A program made the position numbers and the translations under genes. Shown piece after piece: positions 1 through 7,656 of a stretch of 34,929 bases of DNA (its first letter is position 1; each line of letters begins with the position of its first letter). The notes under the pieces are model-generated. The model did not search any database. It had not been told where the DNA came from and was given only the letters and a program-made list of their open reading frames with translations. The DNA is from a virus (lineage: Duplodnaviria; Caudoviricetes): the IMG/VR virus record IMGVR_UViG_3300029792_000004, positions 1 through 34,929 of that record, one strand, 5' to 3'.

Positions 1-107
1 GTGCTGTCTTATTGACAGTACTACAGGATTATTTTGTATTTTTGCCTGGTATCCTGGACTTTTTATATTTTGATTTAATAACTTTTGTAAGTCTAGCCGC
101 CCAATAG

Positions 108-136
108 TTGCAATTAGTCAAAACTGCGTTTATAAT
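108..136 (+). promoter_or_regulatory. Host sigma70-type early promoter
   Basis: TTGCAA (108-113), 17-nt spacer, perfect TATAAT (131-136), upstream of the first early ORF, as expected for T7-like class I transcription. Confidence 0.75.
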
Positions 137-185
137 TCTTATTAGATTCTTTACAGAATCTTTCAATCCACCAGGACAATTAATC

Positions 186-350
186 ATGATCGATGCAAGA
201 ACGCAACGCTTTCTAAATGAATATTGGAAGCCAAGGATGGGAACACTTAGAAAAGACTCTAAGGGTCGTTATCTTATTCCAGGCGGAAGAGGTCTAGAAC
301 CGATGACCGATGAAATGCTTACAAGGTATTCGAGGTTTATGGGTTATTAA
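186..350 (+). CDS. Hypothetical early protein (54 aa)
   Basis: ATG at 186 preceded by AGGA. The ORF-track TTG start at 108 coincides with the promoter -35 box, so 186 is preferred. Confidence 0.65.
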   Translation: MIDARTQRFLNEYWKPRMGTLRKDSKGRYLIPGGRGLEPMTDEMLTRYSRFMGY

Positions 351-352
351 TT

Positions 353-487
353 ATGAGATTTGATTTTAAATTTATGGGATTTAATCTCTTTATTATTCTT
401 CTTTGTATGGTTCTTGGAACTTGGGGAGACTATCCACCAGGAACAGAACCAACAAGAAAAGTAAACCATTCTAAATTATTGACATGA
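353..487 (+). CDS. Small early protein with a hydrophobic segment (44 aa)
   Basis: Hand translation MRFDFKFMGFNLFIILLCMVLGTWGDYPPGTEPTRKVNHSKLLT. Starts 2 nt after the previous stop and overlaps the next ORF by ATGA at 484-487. Confidence 0.6.
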   Translation: MRFDFKFMGFNLFIILLCMVLGTWGDYPPGTEPTRKVNHSKLLT

Positions 488-873
488 CCACCACAGCAAA
501 CAAAAAAATTGAGATGTACGCCAGGATCAAAAAACATGGGGAGGATATTAAAAAGATATTCTCTCTTCCTGCTGATACTGACCCTATAAAACTATGTAAA
601 AAATTACATAAGTTCGAAAAGCAAGCCCAAGCAATACAGATGTTGCAATATAAAGGCAACTATAAAGAGGCAGCATTTAGAGAAGGGCAATTATTTGGGC
701 GTTTAATGGTATTTCTATTAAAAGACCCAGATAATAAATTTAAAATCTTTCTAAATTATGACCCTAGAGGCTACGCCCTAAAAATCCCTGATGAAATAGT
801 TAAAGAAAAAAACTTGACTATTCATCAAGATTGGGGAGAGTTCGGGATTATTGCACCCGACTTTAACGAATAG
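484..873 (+). CDS. Hypothetical early protein (129 aa)
   Basis: Coupled ORF in the early operon, with a C-terminal NYDPRGYALKI segment. No function recognised. Confidence 0.75.
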   Translation: MTTTANKKIEMYARIKKHGEDIKKIFSLPADTDPIKLCKKLHKFEKQAQAIQMLQYKGNYKEAAFREGQLFGRLMVFLLKDPDNKFKIFLNYDPRGYALKIPDEIVKEKNLTIHQDWGEFGIIAPDFNE

Positions 874-875
874 CT

Positions 876-930
876 AAATCTAACTTGGAGGCCTCCGCAC
901 TTGGTCGCCTCCCTGGTAGATTTTCTACCA
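876..930 (+). other. Intergenic stem-loop, possible RNase III-type processing site or attenuator
   Basis: AAATCTA (876-882) pairs with TAGATTT (917-923); GGAGGC (887-892) pairs with GCCTCC (907-912). An alternative hairpin TGGTAGA-TTT-TCTACCA spans 914-930. Confidence 0.5.
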
Positions 931-961
931 TTTACAACCCACCACAAAAGGAGTTTTATCC

Positions 962-1105
962 GTGGCTTATTTCACAATTACAGACGGCAACGGCACATCA
1001 GTTGACGTTGACTTAACAACTAATGATCCTGCGATGATTGCCCAGGCTTTTAAACAGTTCGAGGCAAAGCAGGAAGCAAACAAAAAAGACCAGGAGGAAA
1101 AATAA
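962..1105 (+). CDS. Hypothetical early protein (47 aa)
   Basis: GTG start after AAAGGAG RBS; MAYFTITDGNGTSVDVDLTTNDPAMIAQAFKQFEAKQEANKKDQEEK; TAATG overlap with the next ORF. Confidence 0.7.
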   Translation: MAYFTITDGNGTSVDVDLTTNDPAMIAQAFKQFEAKQEANKKDQEEK

Positions 1106-1284
1106 TGGCACTAACAAAAAAGCAAGCCTTAATTATTTTTAAGGATTTGTACAAAGATTTTCTAAAAGAAAAACGTTTTGATTATGTTGCCAAGCGTGAA
1201 GCCTGGAACAACTGGACAGATGGACTTTGCAAAGATAGGCAGATTACAAGCTGGCAGTATGACAACTGGACACAGCCATTCTAA
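1105..1284 (+). CDS. Cyanophage-type small early protein (59 aa)
   Basis: AGGAGG RBS; MALTKKQALIIFKDLYKDFLKEKRFDYVAKREAWNNWTDGLCKDRQITSWQYDNWTQPF. The AKREAWNNxTDxLCKD...QYxNW pattern resembles small cyanophage proteins (from memory, not searched). Confidence 0.75.
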   Translation: MALTKKQALIIFKDLYKDFLKEKRFDYVAKREAWNNWTDGLCKDRQITSWQYDNWTQPF

Positions 1285-1296
1285 GGAGGTTTAACA

Positions 1297-1464
1297 ATGC
1301 ACCAGGAATTAAAAGGCCGTGAGTATTACAACGGCCACATTATGAACGACTCTTTTCGAGAGTGGTTGAAGTCCTGCCCGAAGGAATACACCTGGCAGAT
1401 GAACCAGGTTACAAAGAATAAGGGAACATATACCTTTTTCTTAACTGAGGAGGAGGAAGAGTGA
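1297..1464 (+). CDS. Small early protein (55 aa) with an acidic tail
   Basis: TAAGGAGGT RBS; MHQELKGREYYNGHIMNDSFREWLKSCPKEYTWQMNQVTKNKGTYTFFLTEEEEE; GTGA overlap with the next ORF. Confidence 0.75.
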   Translation: MHQELKGREYYNGHIMNDSFREWLKSCPKEYTWQMNQVTKNKGTYTFFLTEEEEE

Positions 1465-1652
1465 AGTATCTAAACACCGAGGCGGAGCAGTTTCACACTG
1501 CTCTAGCCCTTGCCGAGGATATGCGCAGGGAGTACAGAATACAACTTGCAGTCCTGCTCATGGCCGAGCAACTTTGCGCAGAAGATGTAAAGTTGTTAGC
1601 CATGAGATTATTTAAACTTTATCAACAATTAATTAAGGAACAGAACCAATGA
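1461..1652 (+). CDS. Hypothetical helical early protein (63 aa)
   Basis: GTG start after GAGGAGGAGG; overlaps neighbours on both sides. Confidence 0.7.
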   Translation: MKYLNTEAEQFHTALALAEDMRREYRIQLAVLLMAEQLCAEDVKLLAMRLFKLYQQLIKEQNQ

Positions 1653-1858
1653 GCAAAGAAAAACTAAAGCCTTACGAGGTTATCTTTAACCAGGTAGACC
1701 CCGAAAACCCAAGCAGTCCTGTGATGACTAGCAAAATTATATACGGTGGTAATCTTACCGCTGCTCTGGTTAAGTTTCACAATGAAACACCGCTAGTAGA
1801 TATTAAAAAGGTCGAAGAGTTTAACAATAAGAAATCAGGAGCTAGATTAAAATGGTAA
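1649..1858 (+). CDS. Hypothetical protein (69 aa)
   Basis: AAGGA RBS and ATGA overlap with the upstream ORF. Confidence 0.7.
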   Translation: MSKEKLKPYEVIFNQVDPENPSSPVMTSKIIYGGNLTAALVKFHNETPLVDIKKVEEFNNKKSGARLKW

Positions 1859-2175
1859 ATTCTGACCACCAAATTTATTTATTATCTAAAAAGAAACCAA
1901 ATAAAGCACACGCCAACAATCAAGGCAACGTGCTTTATTTTTATTCTGAGCCTGGAACCTGGATAAGTTCAACTTATTCCTACATACCTCCAGATGCAAC
2001 ACACTGGATGATGTTACCAGACAGTCCTGCACCAGTAAAAACGCCAGAAGAATTACAAGACGAGGCGTTTAATGCTTGGCTAAAAGAAAAATATGTAGAT
2101 GTAGTTGTTAGAACTGCAATGTATCCAACACTAAAAGAAGTCTTTTTATTAGGAGTAAAACATGGAAGTAACTAA
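1852..2175 (+). CDS. DUF551-like protein
   Basis: ATHWMMLPDSP matches the DUF551 THWMPLPEPP signature; AGGAG RBS. Confidence 0.6.
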   Translation: MVNSDHQIYLLSKKKPNKAHANNQGNVLYFYSEPGTWISSTYSYIPPDATHWMMLPDSPAPVKTPEELQDEAFNAWLKEKYVDVVVRTAMYPTLKEVFLLGVKHGSN

Positions 2176-2359
2176 GCCTGAGAGTACAAAGATACAAACA
2201 ACTCTCAACGTAGAGGCGCATCGAAGAGTCAAAGCACTTGCCAAGGTAACAGGCAAGTCAGACAGCGAAGTCGTTAACTACATTACGCAGTCCTGGATGG
2301 TCGATAACTTTGATAAGGAGTATGACTTTTGGGCAGCGAAAATACCCGAACAGAAGTAG
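2162..2359 (+). CDS. Putative ribbon-helix-helix (CopG/Arc-like) DNA-binding protein
   Basis: KIQTTL strand, helix VEAHRRVKALAKVTG, then KSDSEVVNYI, which fits the RHH strand-helix-G-x-S-helix pattern. AGGAG RBS. Confidence 0.55.
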   Translation: MEVTKPESTKIQTTLNVEAHRRVKALAKVTGKSDSEVVNYITQSWMVDNFDKEYDFWAAKIPEQK

Positions 2360-4710
2360 ACCAGGACAATCTTGAAAGAGAAATGCTAACCCTAGGCTGC
2401 GATAGGGTTAGAGTCCTGGGCAACCGACAAAAGAAAAACAAGATGGAGTCTCTCTCTAAATGGGGGGAGGCTCTATCTGCGCATGGATGTAACGAAATAG
2501 TCCTGCACTTGCGAGCCATTCGTAAAAAGATAGAGAAGGGAGCAGCTGGTAAAAACTTTGCTAGTCTTACGCCACTTACATATCTACCAGCACAGCAAGT
2601 AGCTGCGTGCGGAGTAAGAACCGTGATAGATAGTCTCAGTGCTAACCCTACGCTGCACTCTGTTGCCACTGATATTGCAGATAAATTATGGATAGAGACT
2701 ATGCTGGATAGGGCAAGTCTCCTAGAATTAAAAAACTTTAGGCGTGGTAGAAGTAGAAAAGCACATAAGATGGCTTACATCAGGAGGATGGAGGCGACTG
2801 ATAACTGGCAACCGAAGGAGCGCATGGCATCAGGAGTCCTGCTCATAGAACTGATAGAAAAATACACTGGATTAATAGAGATAAAGCTAGACAATACAGT
2901 CAGGCCAGCAAGAAGAATAGTCCTGCCTACTGAACAATGCCTGGCATGGGTGAGCAATGTAAAGGAGCAGCAAGAATTAATGACTCCTAACTATTTGCCT
3001 ATGTATATACCGCCTCGACCCTGGACTAGCACGCTCGATGGTGGCTATAGAAATAAAGACTTGCCGTTAACTCTTATGAAGAGTAACTCTGAGCTAGTTG
3101 CAGAGAAAACTACAGGCAAAGAGCAGTTTATCCAGGCTGCAAACATACATCAGTCTGTGCCTTGGAAGGTAAATGCCTGGATGTATGAACAGATAGAGTA
3201 CGCATACGATAGAAATATGGAGGTGGGTTGCTTACTACCTAGAGATGGCTGGCCTATCGACCCATACCCTAAACATTTAGAGGAGAATGATCCAGGAATA
3301 CAGAGATGGAGGTATAAAACCAGGGCAATACATGAGAAGAACGACAAGACTAGAGGTGCAAGGATCGCTCAGGCTAAAACACTATGGGTAGCACGCAGAT
3401 TTATAGAAGAACAAGAGATATATTTTCCTATGAGCCTGGATTTTAGAGGCAGATATTACTATCGACCACCTTATCTAAACCCGCAAGGTAATGATGTAGC
3501 CAGGTCGCTACTACTATTTGCTAATGGTACAAAGATAGATAGCAAGGAGGCAGAGAATTGGTTACGCATACATGGTGCTAACTTATATGGCCTAGGCAAG
3601 TCTGATTGGCAGACCAGGATAGATTGGACAGAAGAAAAGCTAAGACTAATCTTAGATAGTGGCATCGACCCCTGGACTAACGCAGAATTTTGGATGCGAG
3701 CAGATAAACCTTGGTCATTCTTAGCATTTTGTCGTTCCTTCTATCTATACAGGACAGAACCAGATTACAAATGCAATTTACCTGTGATGTTGGACTGCAC
3801 TTGCTCTGGAATACAGCATTATGCGTCACTTTTGCGGTCAAAAGAGATGGGAATACTGGTTAATCTTGAGAATAATGAGACACCAAGGGATATATACACG
3901 GAAGTTATCACTAAAGTTAACCAAAAACTGCGTGCAACAGAGGATCATAGGGCTAAAAAGTGGTTGATGTTGCAACCTGATAGGTCACTGGCTAAACCTT
4001 GCGTGATGACTACGCCATACTCAGCTACAAACACAGCCTTCTACTACTTTGCATACGATTGGGCTACAAAAAGAGCCAGGGATTTGTTTGGTCATGGCAG
4101 TTGGACTACAAAAAAAGGGTCAATGTCAACGATGCACTACATGGCACGGCTGTTACACAAGGAAGCAACGTCACTAATCGAGCCAGCGGTAGAAGCAATG
4201 AAGTGGTTTAAGTTTGTTGGCCGTATTGCTGGTAAAAATAACGTGGCACTTGAATGGGTTACGCCTTCTGGCTTACCAGTACACCAGGAGTACAGCGATA
4301 CAAGATTATCCAGGATAAGAATGAAATATTTATCTGATATTTATTTAGATATACGAACACAAGTAGATAAACCTGGTTTAGATACTAAGAGAATGAGCTA
4401 TGCTTTATCTGCAAACGTATTGCATAGCTTCGATAGCAGCCACATGGCAGCTACAACTGTGGATGCAATGAAATACATACAAAATATAGGAGGCATACAC
4501 GACTGCTTTACCACCACTCCAGCAGAGATGTCAAAGTTAAGAGACTCAGTACGAATAACTTTTGCAGATATGTATGCACATGATTGGTTAACAGATATAA
4601 AGGTAAAGCTAACATCACAAATACCAGGCACGAAGGGTATGCCTAGTGAGCCACAGCACGGAACATTAGACCCTAACATCACACGTTACTCAAATTATTT
4701 CATCACATGA
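2329..4710 (+). CDS. gp1: T7-like single-subunit DNA-dependent RNA polymerase
   Basis: LDFRGRYY, PQGND, motif A LDCTCSGIQHY, motif B RSLAKPCVMTTPY, NVLHSFDSSH, motif C IHDCF. TTG start 8 nt after AAGGAG. Confidence 0.97.
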   Translation: MGSENTRTEVDQDNLEREMLTLGCDRVRVLGNRQKKNKMESLSKWGEALSAHGCNEIVLHLRAIRKKIEKGAAGKNFASLTPLTYLPAQQVAACGVRTVIDSLSANPTLHSVATDIADKLWIETMLDRASLLELKNFRRGRSRKAHKMAYIRRMEATDNWQPKERMASGVLLIELIEKYTGLIEIKLDNTVRPARRIVLPTEQCLAWVSNVKEQQELMTPNYLPMYIPPRPWTSTLDGGYRNKDLPLTLMKSNSELVAEKTTGKEQFIQAANIHQSVPWKVNAWMYEQIEYAYDRNMEVGCLLPRDGWPIDPYPKHLEENDPGIQRWRYKTRAIHEKNDKTRGARIAQAKTLWVARRFIEEQEIYFPMSLDFRGRYYYRPPYLNPQGNDVARSLLLFANGTKIDSKEAENWLRIHGANLYGLGKSDWQTRIDWTEEKLRLILDSGIDPWTNAEFWMRADKPWSFLAFCRSFYLYRTEPDYKCNLPVMLDCTCSGIQHYASLLRSKEMGILVNLENNETPRDIYTEVITKVNQKLRATEDHRAKKWLMLQPDRSLAKPCVMTTPYSATNTAFYYFAYDWATKRARDLFGHGSWTTKKGSMSTMHYMARLLHKEATSLIEPAVEAMKWFKFVGRIAGKNNVALEWVTPSGLPVHQEYSDTRLSRIRMKYLSDIYLDIRTQVDKPGLDTKRMSYALSANVLHSFDSSHMAATTVDAMKYIQNIGGIHDCFTTTPAEMSKLRDSVRITFADMYAHDWLTDIKVKLTSQIPGTKGMPSEPQHGTLDPNITRYSNYFIT

Positions 4711-5312
4711 AATCCGAAACGCTTATCACAAAGACACCTGTATGTAGGTTTCAATACACCTGGTTGGTAGAACCAGATACTAAGTACGATCCATTATGGA
4801 AAGTTACTTGCCTAATAGATCCTAACGATGCACTTGAGTTAGAGAAACAATTAGATGGCTACCTAGAAAATTGGAAGAAGCAATTAAAGACAGCTAATCC
4901 TGACAAGAAATTTAAGTTAGCACCTAAACCCTGGAGCTACGCAACTGTAGATGATGGCGATGGTAGTAGGAATTATTTTGTAGTAAAAACTAAGATGCCT
5001 ACTGGTGGTATCAATAGGCTTACAGGAGAGCAATGGCACATGACCCCACCTGTTTTATTTAATTCTGAAAATAAAATTATGACAGAAGAAGAAAAGCAAA
5101 AGGTAAACAAGTGCGGTATTGGTACTCTTGGTCAAGTTAACTTGCGTGTCATGGGTTATGACGGCAACTTTGGGGTAGGTGTTAAGATCCAACCACAAGC
5201 AGTCAAGATACACAAGCACGTTGAGTATGTAAAATCTGCACAGGATTATGGTTTCGATGACACAGCGCAAACGTCAACAACGAGCAGCTTCGACAACGAA
5301 GAGGAGTTCTAA
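4707..5312 (+). CDS. gp2.5: ssDNA-binding protein (T7 gp2.5-like)
   Basis: Position after RNAP, WLVEPDTKY segment, GVKIQPQAVKI, and an acidic C-terminus ending in Phe (DNEEEF). Confidence 0.88.
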   Translation: MKSETLITKTPVCRFQYTWLVEPDTKYDPLWKVTCLIDPNDALELEKQLDGYLENWKKQLKTANPDKKFKLAPKPWSYATVDDGDGSRNYFVVKTKMPTGGINRLTGEQWHMTPPVLFNSENKIMTEEEKQKVNKCGIGTLGQVNLRVMGYDGNFGVGVKIQPQAVKIHKHVEYVKSAQDYGFDDTAQTSTTSSFDNEEEF

Positions 5313-5676
5313 CTATCGAAGCAAGTTTGAAGCATCGGTTGCAAAGAACCTGGTCGACAACAAAATTAAATTTTCCTATGAAACCATCAACATTGATTAC
5401 ATCATCTCTAGCAGTTACTGCCCTGACATCATCTTTGATAATGGAATCATTTGTGAAATTAAAGGCCTATTCCGAAAGGAGGAGCGCAGAAAACATCTTG
5501 CGATCAAGGCGCAACATCCCACATTAGACATTCGTTTTGTTTTTCAAAACAGCAAAACGAAACTAACAAAAGCTAAAGGAAGCCTAACCTACGCTAAATG
5601 GTGCGAGAGGCATGGCTTCCTCTACGCTGATAAGATTATCCCACCACATTGGTATCATGGATCAGAAAAAACTTGA
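5248..5676 (+). CDS. gp3: Endonuclease I / Holliday junction resolvase (T7 gp3-like)
   Basis: YRSKFE, YCPDI, EIKG, RRKHLAIKAQHPTLDIRFVF, TYAKWCERHGF. Confidence 0.95.
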   Translation: MVSMTQRKRQQRAASTTKRSSNYRSKFEASVAKNLVDNKIKFSYETINIDYIISSSYCPDIIFDNGIICEIKGLFRKEERRKHLAIKAQHPTLDIRFVFQNSKTKLTKAKGSLTYAKWCERHGFLYADKIIPPHWYHGSEKT

Positions 5677-6040
5677 AAAACTACAGAAATTATTTGCATT
5701 AGCAAGTAGAAATCCTAATGAAAATGAAGCAAGTGTTGCTGCGCTAAAGTTTATCTCTGCGCTAAACAAAGATGCTTTGCATATAACAATCTCAGAACAG
5801 CCACAACCTACAGGAGAGCAGATTAACAAGGCATTGCAAGAACATTATCAAAGAGGATTCCAGGAGGGAAGAGCTAGTGCATATGACGATGGCTATGCTG
5901 CTGGATACAACAAAGGCATACACGAAAATATGCAACAGGAGACTGTAAGAGAAGAGCAAATTTATCAGCCACATTCAACAGCAGCAAGCACTTTGTATGT
6001 TCATAACACTAGCGGTCACACCATTACAGTTGGCTTGTAA
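5657..6040 (+). CDS. DUF2786-like N-terminal domain protein
   Basis: EKLQKLFALASRNPNENEASVAALK fits the DUF2786 pattern, followed by a GxxxG-repeat helix (GFQEGRASAYDDGYAAGYNKG). ATG 5657 preferred over 5612. Confidence 0.6.
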   Translation: MDQKKLEKLQKLFALASRNPNENEASVAALKFISALNKDALHITISEQPQPTGEQINKALQEHYQRGFQEGRASAYDDGYAAGYNKGIHENMQQETVREEQIYQPHSTAASTLYVHNTSGHTITVGL

Positions 6041-7656
6041 TGCAGAGGAGTAAGTACATAAGCAAAGAGCCGTGTCCTGAGTGTCAGTCGAAAGATAACG
6101 TAGCTGTCTATGACGATGGACATAAGTATTGTTTTGGCTGCGGTTGGCAGTTCCAACCACCTAAAGATAAACCTATTAAGTTTGAGAAACCATTTAAGAT
6201 GAAGGTCACACCGCTACTACCATTCGTTACACCAAAGGCTTTACCTAAACGTGGAATCACTAAAGAGACTTGCGAACTATATGACTATGGGTATGCAGAA
6301 TACAACAACCAGGTAGTCCAGGTGGCTACATACCACGACAAGATAGGCAAGCCAGTTGCGCAGCACCTTCGATACAAAGACAAGAGATTTGGATGGGTCG
6401 GAGACACTAGCAATATGCAACTTTGGGGTCAAAAAATTTGGAGACAAAACCACGGAACAGAAACCAAAGTCTTTGCTGTAATTACAGAGGGCGAAGTTGA
6501 TTGCCTTACTATCTCACAGATCCAGGGCAACCGCTTCCCTGTAGTAAGTTTGCCAAACGGTTGTCAATCAGCTAACAAGTACATAGCTGCAAACTTAGAA
6601 TGGTTATCTCAATTCAATCGTATTGTAATTTGTTTTGACTCAGACAAGCCTGGCATGGATGCTGCCGAGAAAGCAGTTGAAATCCTACCTCCTGGCAAAG
6701 CAGCAATATGTAGACTGCCAAGAAAAGACGCTAACGAAATGCTCCTCGCAGGAGAAGGGGAAGAACTTAAGGATCTATTATTCAAGGCGATCCCTGCTAG
6801 ACCAGATGGAATACATAACGCCTATGATTTATGGGAACAGCTGATAAAGAAAGACGAGACAGGTGTATGTAGTTATCCATTTCCTATCCTTAACAAAATG
6901 TGCCAGGGGTTTCGCAAGCAAGCACTCGTAACTATTTGCGCAGGAACAGGTTCGGGGAAGAGCCTACTTTGTAGGGAAATGGCTTATCATTTTCTTAACA
7001 ATGGATTAAAGGTGGGGTGGATTGGTCTCGAAGAGAGCAGTAAGAGAAGTATGCAAGGCATATTATCTATTGCACTAAATAAACCACTACATTTAGAGCA
7101 AGACAAGATAGATGAAAAAGAATTACGCCAGGCATTTGATTATATATTTGCTGGCAATAGGTTCTTACTCCTGGAACACTTCGGTTCATTAGATCCAGAC
7201 AGGTTATTAGAACAGATAACGTACATGGCAACAGGAGAAAACTGTGACGTTATCTTCTTAGATCACATAAGTATTGTTGTATCAGGACTGACAGTAGGAG
7301 ATGAAAGAAAACAAATAGATGTATGCGTAACCAAGCTAAGACAGGTAGTAGAAAAGACAGGCGTAGGTTTAGTTATGGTCAGTCACTTGCGTAGGACTGA
7401 TGGTAAACCAGCTGAAGATGGAGGCGACATTAATTTAGCTAGTTTGAGAGGCAGCCAAAGCATAGCTCAGTTAAGCGACTTGGTTGTATGTGGTATTAGG
7501 TCACAAACTGACGAAGAAAAGAACAACGAGCTACAGCTAAAAGTGTTAAAGAATAGACACACAGGTTGCCTGGGCATGGCAGATAAACTTACATATACAG
7601 AAACAACAGGTCGCCTTATGGTGGCTGCATCAGATTTTTTTGGGGAAAAATTATGA
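6040..7656 (+). CDS. gp4: DNA primase-helicase (T7 gp4-like)
   Basis: Zn finger CPEC...CFGC, TOPRIM TEGEVD/FDSD, Walker A GTGSGKS, IFLDHISI, LRGSQSIAQLSD, VLKNRHTG. Confidence 0.97.
   Translation: MQRSKYISKEPCPECQSKDNVAVYDDGHKYCFGCGWQFQPPKDKPIKFEKPFKMKVTPLLPFVTPKALPKRGITKETCELYDYGYAEYNNQVVQVATYHDKIGKPVAQHLRYKDKRFGWVGDTSNMQLWGQKIWRQNHGTETKVFAVITEGEVDCLTISQIQGNRFPVVSLPNGCQSANKYIAANLEWLSQFNRIVICFDSDKPGMDAAEKAVEILPPGKAAICRLPRKDANEMLLAGEGEELKDLLFKAIPARPDGIHNAYDLWEQLIKKDETGVCSYPFPILNKMCQGFRKQALVTICAGTGSGKSLLCREMAYHFLNNGLKVGWIGLEESSKRSMQGILSIALNKPLHLEQDKIDEKELRQAFDYIFAGNRFLLLEHFGSLDPDRLLEQITYMATGENCDVIFLDHISIVVSGLTVGDERKQIDVCVTKLRQVVEKTGVGLVMVSHLRRTDGKPAEDGGDINLASLRGSQSIAQLSDLVVCGIRSQTDEEKNNELQLKVLKNRHTGCLGMADKLTYTETTGRLMVAASDFFGEKL

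Larger units (their letters stand above)
1370..2925 (+). repeat. Dispersed same-strand heptamer AGTCCTG, 9 copies
   Basis: Copies start at 1370, 1550, 1715, 2023, 2289, 2412, 2499, 2835 and 2919; six of nine are followed by C. Confidence 0.85.

Noticed and set aside
12-42. Perfect TTGACA at 12-17 as a second promoter
   Set aside because: No good -10 hexamer at 16-18 nt spacing; TATTTT occurs only at 12 or 19 nt.
108-185. ORF-track N-terminal extension of the first ORF from TTG 108
   Set aside because: It overlaps the -35/-10 promoter boxes; ATG 186 has an RBS.
1461-1652. Possible NblA-like phycobilisome degradation protein
   Set aside because: Size, helicity and an EQF are loosely similar, but the spacing of NblA motifs does not match. 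An HMM search is needed.
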